This document shows positions 38,548 through 47,700 of a DNA stretch of 64,000 nucleotides, one piece after another. The stretch is from an uncultured Prolixibacteraceae bacterium (GTDB lineage: Bacteria; Bacteroidota; Bacteroidia; Bacteroidales; FEN-979): positions 282,283 through 346,282 of the forward strand of contig CAZSDU010000001.1 in NCBI GenBank assembly GCA_964605775.1. Direction: 5' to 3'. Numbering within the stretch: position 1 is the stretch's first letter; each line of letters opens with the position of its first letter. A program made the translations under genes and the position numbers. The notes under the pieces are model-generated. The model saw only the letters and a program-made list of their open reading frames with translations. It was not told the DNA's origin and did no database searches.

Positions 38548-40965
38548 TTATTTTGTATAAAACCCTGTAATTTTCACTTTGGGTTGGTCTAATTTTAAAT
38601 TCAGTTTGGACCTGTTCCAAATGTACATATGCATCACATAGTCCTCGCTGTTGTTCAGGCTGGTCAAATCTACAGTTTCCATTATTTTTACCGGATACCA
38701 TCTTTCTGGTTTTTCTGTTTCCGGAATTTTAAATGATTGCCAGCGCAAATGTCGCCCTGATTTCTGATATAAGTCGAGGACAACTAAGGGATCTTTATTG
38801 GGTTCCGCTTTAAATTTGCCAGCCAGAAACTCAATTTCCAGTTTCAGGGTGTGAAATTCGGGACCAAAGGAAAGGTCACGGATCATGGAACGAAATTCCC
38901 CCGTGGAGTCTGATGGATTAAACACGATGGAGTCCGTTAACCGGATTTCCTCACTATAACTGATTTCCTTAAAAAATAATTCCGGAGGTATCAGTCTATT
39001 CTGTTTCGTGACATAGGTGTTGAGTGTCTTAAAATCATTCAGCTCACGGTTCATTCTTTGCAACAATGAAGAATTCCTGATTTTCCGTAATTTCAAATCG
39101 GGCTGTATCAATAGAACAACATCAGAAGAAAAATAATATTGCTTATTGACATATTCCACTATTTCCTTATTATTCAGAATAAAGGGAAGAATATGAATGT
39201 TGCGAGGTCTTTGGGCCGTATCTATCCCTCTTCCCATCCACGGGGCAACAGATTGGATTTTAACGTTAAAACGTTTATTCAACAGGGCAAGAAAAGAAGG
39301 CGTAATATCCAGGTGAGAAGAAACCGAGCGGAAATGTACTGGCGCTTTCAGCATCGGAGAATAGATTATCAGTGGGACATGATAATGCTCCAGACCAGAG
39401 AACCTGAACAAGTTAAGCTCGGGAAGCGCATGATCGCCTGTTATGATGAAAATCGTATTTCCGAATTCCGGTCGTGTTTTGTAACGTTCAAAAAAACTTC
39501 TTAAGGCATCATCGGTATAAAGAATGGTCGAGAAAATGTTTTTATACTTTTTCAAATCCTGTTTCAATTCCATTGACGGGTTCATCTTTTTTATTCGATC
39601 CTCCAATAATGCAAGGTAATAATCCTGTCGTGGAGGGATAAACGGGCTATGCAGAGAAAGGGTAAGATAAATATCAAGCCGTGGGGATTTTTTTACCGAA
39701 TCCATGACTTCAAAAGAACGATGGTACAGATCCAGGTCCGGGAAGCCCCACCCGTAGCCCTCGTTGACTACGTACTTTTTATATTTTGCCCCGAAAGTCC
39801 GTAAAATATAATCTGTGCTCTGACGCTCCAGGAAATCTTCCATATAATTAAAAGATGGATCGCCGCTGTAAAAAAAGCTGGCATAATATCCGCTTTCTCT
39901 TAAATAACGGATCATCGACAAATGATAGGGCATCTTCCCGGCTTCGTTGATAAAGGTCGGGTCACCCGGTGGAAGGGAGGCGAACATGGCCGGTAACACG
40001 TTAAAAGTCCGGTCAGCAGTAGCGAGAAAATTATTCCAGTAAAGACTATGGGCTGACAGGGAATCAAGAAAAGGGGCAAAACTTCCGAAAATATCGTTAT
40101 TCCCCATGAAACAGGAAGAAAGAGACTCAACGATGATAAACACAAGGTTGGGTTTATCTTTTTGAAAATCAAAAAAAGCGCCGAGAACATCAGGAGTGTT
40201 TTCGTCGTGAAGGAAGGGGTATTGGTTGCCTAAAAATTTAAATTCCGGATGATCCCTATGATACCGTTTGATGATGGCATCAAGATCGGATTGAATTCCG
40301 GTATTTTGTGAACGTGAGAAATAAATACGGCATTTTTCTAAAAAATATGCCGTTTTATTATAAACCACATAATACTCGAAGGGATTTCTGGATTGATTTT
40401 CTTTTGGAGTAACTGGCCCGATCAGGAATAAAGTCATGATGCTTACGATCGTTATTGACAGAAGCACGTTTTTCTTCAGTTTGATCTTCAGGAAAAAATA
40501 GATTCCAAAGAATAAAAAAATCAATATTAAGATAAAGGGTAGAAAAGTGATCAGGTTAAATTTCACACAACTCCCTGTAATCATCATCATCTCCTTCAGG
40601 GTATAGGAAAAAACCACCTGATCCAGTGGGCGTAAGGTCAATGAAAAATACTGAAACAATCCCCACTCAACACAAAGAAGGATAAAAGAGAAGAGACCAA
40701 AAAACAGTCTACCGATCCATTTTCCTGTCAATGAAAAAAGGATAAAAGGAATAAGCAGTATCCATGAAAGGTACTGCCAGAGGATCACATCCATCAAAAA
40801 ACCGCGAAATTCAAGAAAGACCGCATGAAACGGAAGCGAATGCATCATAAAAAGGGAGAAATACTGCGCCACGCGGATCAACAATATGACTGCTGACACC
40901 GAAAGATTGATCCGGATAAAATCCCTGAAGATTTCGGGAAGTTTATGTTTCAGCCCTTGTATCAT
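38548..40965 (-). CDS. LtaS/MdoB-family alkaline-phosphatase-fold transferase (phosphoglycerol-transferase-like) with extra C-terminal domain
   Basis: 805 aa. Multi-TM N-terminus, sulfatase-fold core (FIIVESLSS, LATADRTFNVLP Thr nucleophile context, ITGDH), plus about 200 extra C-terminal residues that look like a beta-sandwich. Confidence 0.78.
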   Translation of the reverse strand: MIQGLKHKLPEIFRDFIRINLSVSAVILLIRVAQYFSLFMMHSLPFHAVFLEFRGFLMDVILWQYLSWILLIPFILFSLTGKWIGRLFFGLFSFILLCVEWGLFQYFSLTLRPLDQVVFSYTLKEMMMITGSCVKFNLITFLPFILILIFLFFGIYFFLKIKLKKNVLLSITIVSIMTLFLIGPVTPKENQSRNPFEYYVVYNKTAYFLEKCRIYFSRSQNTGIQSDLDAIIKRYHRDHPEFKFLGNQYPFLHDENTPDVLGAFFDFQKDKPNLVFIIVESLSSCFMGNNDIFGSFAPFLDSLSAHSLYWNNFLATADRTFNVLPAMFASLPPGDPTFINEAGKMPYHLSMIRYLRESGYYASFFYSGDPSFNYMEDFLERQSTDYILRTFGAKYKKYVVNEGYGWGFPDLDLYHRSFEVMDSVKKSPRLDIYLTLSLHSPFIPPRQDYYLALLEDRIKKMNPSMELKQDLKKYKNIFSTILYTDDALRSFFERYKTRPEFGNTIFIITGDHALPELNLFRFSGLEHYHVPLIIYSPMLKAPVHFRSVSSHLDITPSFLALLNKRFNVKIQSVAPWMGRGIDTAQRPRNIHILPFILNNKEIVEYVNKQYYFSSDVVLLIQPDLKLRKIRNSSLLQRMNRELNDFKTLNTYVTKQNRLIPPELFFKEISYSEEIRLTDSIVFNPSDSTGEFRSMIRDLSFGPEFHTLKLEIEFLAGKFKAEPNKDPLVVLDLYQKSGRHLRWQSFKIPETEKPERWYPVKIMETVDLTSLNNSEDYVMHMYIWNRSKLNLKLDQPKVKITGFYTK

Positions 40966-40995
40966 GGCTCTGCATATTCGTTGGATGCGGTTTTT

Positions 40996-42930
40996 TTATT
41001 CAATGGTCAGTTCAAAAATTTCTCCCAAGATATCATTTTTCGGAAAAGGAATATTATCCTGGGCATAAGGAGATCCTATCCACCACTTGGTATTATGGAA
41101 TTCCTGGGTAATAATCAGCAACATCTGATTGTTGGGCACGGAAGTCACTTTATCGTCCTCATATCCCACGACCCGGAGTTTTTCTTTCGAAGGGCCGATC
41201 CTCCATATAATTCGATCGGGCTGCCAGTCGATCTGAAAATAATAAAAGTCGGATCCGAAAAGTTCATCATCACTTTCCAGTGATTTTTCGGTCAAAGCCC
41301 GGTAATTTTTATCCCAGCGGTGAGCCCAGAAAGTATTGCCTTCAAAATTCACCGGCCAGCATCCATCATGGAAATCAGACGGTTGCCAGCAGGCCATGTC
41401 CCAGTTAGTACAAGCTACGATGATTTTATCGTCATTGGCCGTAATTTCTTCGGGGAATGGCACGTTCCAGCCTGACAGCCGAAACTGATCGTCGTTCCCA
41501 TGGTTATACGCCGGTGGAAGTACCCAGGAGGGACAGTATGGAACGGTTTTCAGGATTTCAAAATCGATTTCAGAATATCCGACATTTTTAATTCTTTGAT
41601 CCTGATGTCCACCGTAATAATTGGCCATATATCCGCCGTTGTTGCAATCCCGTCTCAGGTTCCAGTCACCCTGGTCCATGGTGAGCAGCCAGATCGCATT
41701 GGTGATACCATTCCACATATGATTTTCATTCAGCAATTCGGTGAGTTTTGCCTTGACTGTCCATTTCCCGTAGGTCATCCCATGACGCGTGATAATACCT
41801 ACATTTTGTTTCTGCCATTTCCCAAATTCAGCTTTAGGGTTACGGATGGAAATTTTATGGTTGACCGGATCAGAAATGACCGTTTCACAGGGACGGGCAG
41901 CTGTTGTAGCCGTCACGGAAATCAGCTCTTCCTTGCGGTAAAACCTTTTATTCCAATTGTAATCCAGCCTTGAGTAATGATCTTTCAGCACATCTGCAAT
42001 CACCGGGATATGATCCATTTTTGTCGAGGGATCAACATAGTGGATGAACTGCTCAAAGGCTGCATTTTTATACAGGGCAGAATCCTGGCCACAGAGATCA
42101 TTTCCGTATTGATCGGCAATCTCCTTGCTGAAATTATTCGGATTGATATAAATCCCTCCGCCCAGGTCGGGTTTAGCCATCACCTGAAGCTGACCGGGAT
42201 ACTCCTGGACTACGGTATTGTGAAGCCTGCATCCATCCCCGTACTTAAAATAAAAATAGGGGTTTATAAAACCCTCAGGGGATTGTAAGCCGATGTTTTG
42301 AATATAATCAGGGATGCGTTTTTCGCCCATGGTTTCAGCCACGGTCACCACCAGTAAAAAACTATATTTGCCAACCCTGGGGTTTCTTTTCCAGCGGTCA
42401 TTTTTCCCGTTCAGGTAATAACGTTGTTCATCCCTTGGATTGCCAACGATCCTGAACTTGTTTGTAATCTTATGAAATTGATCATCGGCAGGAATAACAT
42501 CCGTTTTTAACATGGTAGTCGCTACATTTTCCCAGCTTCCGTAAAAATTTTCCCAGGCATAAGGATGCTGTTTTGCTGTGTCCTGATCAGACCTTTCATG
42601 AAATTTATAGGATTCATTCTGGTAATAAATTTTATAATAAAATTCTGCTGCCTCTTTTCCGGTATTTTTTATACTGAACTCCAGGTCAAAAAAACCATCT
42701 GCCGTTTGACGGGATGAGGGAATGACAAACCCATTTCCCTTGGCGCCTGAATAATCGAGGAACAATGGCTTTCCGGTATTCCAGTTGGTCAGAGGGTTAA
42801 AATCTCTGATGATAAACTGATCCGTAACCACCTGGGCAGCGTTGGGATTCTGATTACAGCCGGAATGTATTCCTGTCATCAGCAATATCCCCATGAGTAT
42901 CAATGTCAAGTTCATTTTCATTCGGTTCAT
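40996..42930 (-). CDS. Lipoprotein with C-terminal GH16-like (concanavalin-fold glucanase) domain
   Basis: 644 aa. Lipobox GIHSGC. NAIWLL, GYSEIDFEILK (ExDxE at nt 41557-41571) and YYFQIDWQPDRIIWRIG match GH16 hallmarks. The N-terminal ~370 aa are unassigned. Confidence 0.6.
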   Translation of the reverse strand: MNRMKMNLTLILMGILLMTGIHSGCNQNPNAAQVVTDQFIIRDFNPLTNWNTGKPLFLDYSGAKGNGFVIPSSRQTADGFFDLEFSIKNTGKEAAEFYYKIYYQNESYKFHERSDQDTAKQHPYAWENFYGSWENVATTMLKTDVIPADDQFHKITNKFRIVGNPRDEQRYYLNGKNDRWKRNPRVGKYSFLLVVTVAETMGEKRIPDYIQNIGLQSPEGFINPYFYFKYGDGCRLHNTVVQEYPGQLQVMAKPDLGGGIYINPNNFSKEIADQYGNDLCGQDSALYKNAAFEQFIHYVDPSTKMDHIPVIADVLKDHYSRLDYNWNKRFYRKEELISVTATTAARPCETVISDPVNHKISIRNPKAEFGKWQKQNVGIITRHGMTYGKWTVKAKLTELLNENHMWNGITNAIWLLTMDQGDWNLRRDCNNGGYMANYYGGHQDQRIKNVGYSEIDFEILKTVPYCPSWVLPPAYNHGNDDQFRLSGWNVPFPEEITANDDKIIVACTNWDMACWQPSDFHDGCWPVNFEGNTFWAHRWDKNYRALTEKSLESDDELFGSDFYYFQIDWQPDRIIWRIGPSKEKLRVVGYEDDKVTSVPNNQMLLIITQEFHNTKWWIGSPYAQDNIPFPKNDILGEIFELTIE

Positions 42931-44714
42931 TTTTGAGGAAATGAATATAATTCCATAACATCCGGAAGTTCTGTTGTTTCTTCTTTATTCGAACCCAGGA
43001 TAAAGTAAGTGGTATTCCCCTTAACGGTATATTTTCCGGGAATTATCCGGAGTGATTCATAGTACTTTGGGTTATGATCCTGATTAAAACCATGAAAATC
43101 GACATTGGCCTGAATCTGAAAAGCAGTATCATTAAATTTCAGTTGTTTCAGGTCGAACCGCCAGTCGCGGTTATAGCGTAATATCATCCGGCCCTGTCCG
43201 GGGTCTGAGGCTGAAGTAAAAAAACGATCCGTTGGTTTCAGGGTGTCAAGTCCAATGGTTTTCCCAAAATATTCATATTTTTTAGGATATTTCGATTCAA
43301 ATTTTCCGCTGCTTGCATGATACCAACGAAGGGAATAATCGGATTTTCCGGTCTTTTTATTTTTCACGACCGACAGGATGACATCCAGGTCTGGATCGGA
43401 GAGAAAATGATCCACGGATAAGCCGATTTCGAAAACTGAACTGTCCCATTCCCTGACCGGATTCCGGTCGCCTTCGGCCAGGATTTTCCAGGAGTCCTTT
43501 TTAGCCTGGTCAAATTGCAGCATTTTCCAATATCCATGATCCATCAGCAAGAGCAATTCGCTGATTCCATCCTGATTAAAATCTCCGGGAAAAACCCATT
43601 GATTATCCTTCATATAAATCCCCGACAGCTTTTTATCGAAAGACTGCCAGACCATATTAAAAATGATTTCTGTTTCTGAAGCACAGGGGTCTTTGCTGTT
43701 GGTAAGCTTACCCAGCATCAACCCATTTTCAGAAGCCATGAGCAGTTGTTCTCCCTGGCCGGCCAAAAATTTTCCCTTCCAGATATTGCCGGATGTAAAA
43801 AAAGGCAAGGCTGCTGACGGGATATGGAAAGGAATTTTCCGAATCTCGATTGAATTCGCACAGAATGATAAAAGGAATGGCTTTGATCCTTGTGGGATAA
43901 GCAGCAACTCCTCCAAACGCTTTTGATCAATAAGAAAATCACCGGAAATGATTTTGTCAAGGGGGGAAATTTCCTTCATTTTTTTCCAGCTTTGAACCCT
44001 TTCAAGCGCTACCGTGGGAAATGGCGGATAGTTAAAGCGGGGAGTAAAGGAGGTTTCTTTCGTCATGTCCACGAAAACGGTATCTCCACGCCGGTCAGGC
44101 TGACTTCCGAAGACCATATTATAATCATCCACGAGAATATCCGTCGGACTGTTATTCCAGAAATAAATTTTCAGTTTATATTCAGGTTTGAATTGTACTT
44201 CACTGAGGTCGAGTTTCCCGCTGATTTTAAACCATTTCCCGCGTGGAATTCCCTTACCGGACAATCCGACCCCTTTCCAGCAGATATTCACGCCCAATTC
44301 GTTTGAAGCTGCCAGAACAAAAGTAGCATTGACTTCCTTGGTTGTTGGGAAAACATAAACCCAGGTACTGAGGGAAACTTCTTTCAGGTTTTCCATTCCT
44401 AGCTCTCTGGCAGTACGCTCAATCGCCGCGCCAAAACTGTTTTGCCCGAAAGCTTTGGCCGAAAAGAGACCAGAATGAGCTATTCCTTTATAAAAACCAT
44501 CGGGTGTTGCTTTCCCGGGATCCACTTCAAAATCAAAATACAGGCTATGAGGCGCCTGAGCATGGATTTTTTGAGAATTGAGAAATTCTTTTTCGGAAGA
44601 GGAAGGAATACTGACCACTTTGTTCAAGGGAAAATATTTCAGACCAAGTGCGACAGCAATAATGCTAATGGTCATGGTGGCAGCGATGGCAATTAACCAT
44701 TTCTTTTTTTTCAT
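42927..44714 (-). CDS. Membrane-anchored hypothetical protein with CBM-like beta-sandwich and FG-GAP/VCBS-like motif
   Basis: 595 aa. N-terminal TM anchor, a sandwich-like region ending ...DILVDDYNMVFG, and an FPGDFNQDGISELLLL motif. ATGA overlap with the GH16-like gene. Confidence 0.5.
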   Translation of the reverse strand: MKKKKWLIAIAATMTISIIAVALGLKYFPLNKVVSIPSSSEKEFLNSQKIHAQAPHSLYFDFEVDPGKATPDGFYKGIAHSGLFSAKAFGQNSFGAAIERTARELGMENLKEVSLSTWVYVFPTTKEVNATFVLAASNELGVNICWKGVGLSGKGIPRGKWFKISGKLDLSEVQFKPEYKLKIYFWNNSPTDILVDDYNMVFGSQPDRRGDTVFVDMTKETSFTPRFNYPPFPTVALERVQSWKKMKEISPLDKIISGDFLIDQKRLEELLLIPQGSKPFLLSFCANSIEIRKIPFHIPSAALPFFTSGNIWKGKFLAGQGEQLLMASENGLMLGKLTNSKDPCASETEIIFNMVWQSFDKKLSGIYMKDNQWVFPGDFNQDGISELLLLMDHGYWKMLQFDQAKKDSWKILAEGDRNPVREWDSSVFEIGLSVDHFLSDPDLDVILSVVKNKKTGKSDYSLRWYHASSGKFESKYPKKYEYFGKTIGLDTLKPTDRFFTSASDPGQGRMILRYNRDWRFDLKQLKFNDTAFQIQANVDFHGFNQDHNPKYYESLRIIPGKYTVKGNTTYFILGSNKEETTELPDVMELYSFPQK

Positions 44715-44723
44715 GATATCAGG

Positions 44724-47700
44724 TTAGTGTATGCAAATCATACTTTTTGTTTCTGAATGATCTGCAGTTATCATCCGGCAGGAATAAATTCCGGCAGGGA
44801 TGTTATTCCCCGATTCATCCGTCCCATCCCAAAAGAGAAGATGATCTCCTGCATTTTCTTTGTTCTGATGAAATGTGCGGATTCTGACACCCTGGGCATT
44901 AAATATTTCAAAGGTAATCTCTTCCTGCTTTGCTAATTTATATTGAATATGGGTTGAAGATATAAACGGATTGGGATAATTACCCTTTAAAAAAGTCAAT
45001 CCATTTGTATTGGGGGAACCCGAGGAGATCGGAAAGGGAATATGCATTAATACCGGTAAGACTGCCTGGTTGTTAAAATTATCATGTACAATAATATTAC
45101 AGTAATAATCGCCGGGAGGCAGGTTGTCGGGTTGAAAAGTAAGATTTACTTCTGCCGTTTCATTCCTATACAAACTACCTGAAATATCAGATAAGGATAG
45201 CCAGTTATTCCATAATCCGGAATTTTTAATTCGGATAAACCCGAACTTATCATGTGGGGTATTACCTGTTTGATCACCATGAATATTATAGACTAGGAAA
45301 ACGTCGTATTGGTATGACAGATTAATCGTTCCGCTTAGGGTGGAAACGGCTGACTCTCCTGGTTTCACAACCCCGGAACCACTGCTTGTTTCTCCATGCC
45401 AGTTTTGAGGAAGCCCTGTACCTGGCGTTCCTTGGTATACCAGGTTTCCCAGGGATCCTCCTGTAAAATCTGTTGCTGTATTAAGTTCCACCCCGGGAGG
45501 AAAATCAACTTTGACATGGCTTACATTTTCGTTGTCACTACTCTGGTTGTGTAAAATCAAATCCCAGCTGTACAAGTTTCCAGGTACAAAATATTCGCTT
45601 GAGCATATAAGATTTGAGTTTGACTGATTGGAAGGATACCAGGCTTTGTTATTGGCCAGGGTATCAAAAACCATGGTTGAAAAATTCAGTATTCCACCAC
45701 CATCATTCGTGATAGAAAAATGATCTGTTGAAGTTTGTCCTATTTCCAGTGTTTTTTCAAACATCTTCGGAAAAACAGCTATAACTGGTTGTGCACCTGC
45801 AATGAGGGGAAACTGAATAAAATCCAGAAAAGCACAATCGTATCCATTGCTAACAGAATAATCTTTATGATAAGTCCAGTTGAAGGTGTGATATCCTTTC
45901 TCAATAGGAAAAGAAACCTGGCTCCAGTCTCCTTCGCCATCCCATCTTTGCATTTCAAAATTATCAATAGAGAAGGCCAGATAGTCGTAATTGAATGTTC
46001 CGGCAGGATCGTGTTCACAGGAAACTTTTTTCCAAAAACTTAATATTCCATCTTCCAGGACGCAAACACTTAAAAATAAAGTCGATTCCTGATCATCAAA
46101 GATCCATCCGGAGCGTCCTGAATAATTTCCCTCATACCTGATTACTGGATCAAATCCCCATGGGGCAGCACCCGAAAAATTCCAGTCGAATTTATTGTAA
46201 GTGGCTGTTTCAAAATCTTCGATGATATCGCCGGAATACAGAAAAAGGCTATCCGAGGTATTGAGGTTCTGACTTGTTTGAAGGAAAGTATTCATTTTGT
46301 AAAGGTGTTCGAATGGAACTGTGGAAGAAGCGGTAACATGAAAGAGAATATTATTGGAAGAATCCGGTTTAAGCATAGAAAGAAATCCGGTATCCACGTC
46401 AATGGTCAGGTTGGTATCGGCTGCTATAAGTGTGACATGAATGCCGGAAGCTGAAACACTTCCATTATTTTTCAAGGTTACAAGCAGATCAGCAGATTCT
46501 CCCGGATCAAGCCGGTGGTTGTCGCCATCATCCAGTTCGACTTTTGAAAAATGAAATTCCGGGGCGAAAGCGACCAGATGAATATCAATGTTGCTGTTCT
46601 GTTGCGCTGTTATCATATTCATTGGGATGATAAACAGATGATTGTTTGGGATATCAGGAGAAATCAGCATCCCGAATGCATGGGGAATGGTCAGGGTCTG
46701 ACTTCCGTTAACCACAGGAACGATTATACTAGCATTGAGTAAGGTAACATAGGGGTCAGAATTTGTGATGGAAACCTGAATATTACTTACTGGCTGTGAG
46801 CTAAGATTGGTAAGGGAAAGATTAAGATAAGCCGTTTCTCCATATTCAATAATGCTATCATTTCCTGACTCAACCTGATAGCCTATAAGCAGGCCATTAG
46901 TATTAAACAATAAGGTCTTCGTGGAAGAAATATTGTCATTATCAGTGACTACGAAATTCACTGCTGTATTCTGGTATGGCAGGGTAGGTGTACCTGTAAA
47001 CAGACCATCTTCCGTAACCATCATCTCAGCAGGATAACCGCAGGAAGCAAACTGGTCCAGGGTATTGGGTGCGATGGCAGATGAATTGTTCAGGGCAGTA
47101 AACTGATAGTTTTTATTATCTCCTGAAGAAATACCCCCTGTCCAGGCAGTATTTGCCGGATAGACCATATCTCCGTAATAGAATTCTATTTTCCCGTTTG
47201 AATAAAATTTTACAGCAAAATTCAGGTTTGTGGATGACGTTCCGGTGATGAAAGTTTTCCAGCGTATCGTTGCTGATGTCGAATTTCCTTCATACCAGAT
47301 TCCTTGTCCCTGTGAAGGATTAATATACATATCGGTCATAAACGGGGCAACGATTGCGGATTGCCGGAAGAGTAGCGATTTGTCAATTAGATAAGGCCAG
47401 GTATAGGGCTGATCATCGAATAAAATATACCCATCAGCATAAATGTACAGTTTATTTATGTTTTTCTTAAAAAAGGGGAAATTAAAGTCCAGCAATTTTA
47501 TTGCAAAACCTGTATTGTTATTGGTCAGGATCAGTTGTTGTGCATTGACAGCAGGGAAAGATGCAGTGGTAATGGTTTCCGGATAATTCAGCCGGGCATC
47601 CCAACGATAGGGGGGGGTGCCATTATTTGCTGTAAGTTGAAAATTATATGGCTGGTAAAGCATTGCAGGCGGAAGGCTGCCCGACACGATGGCTGGTTTA

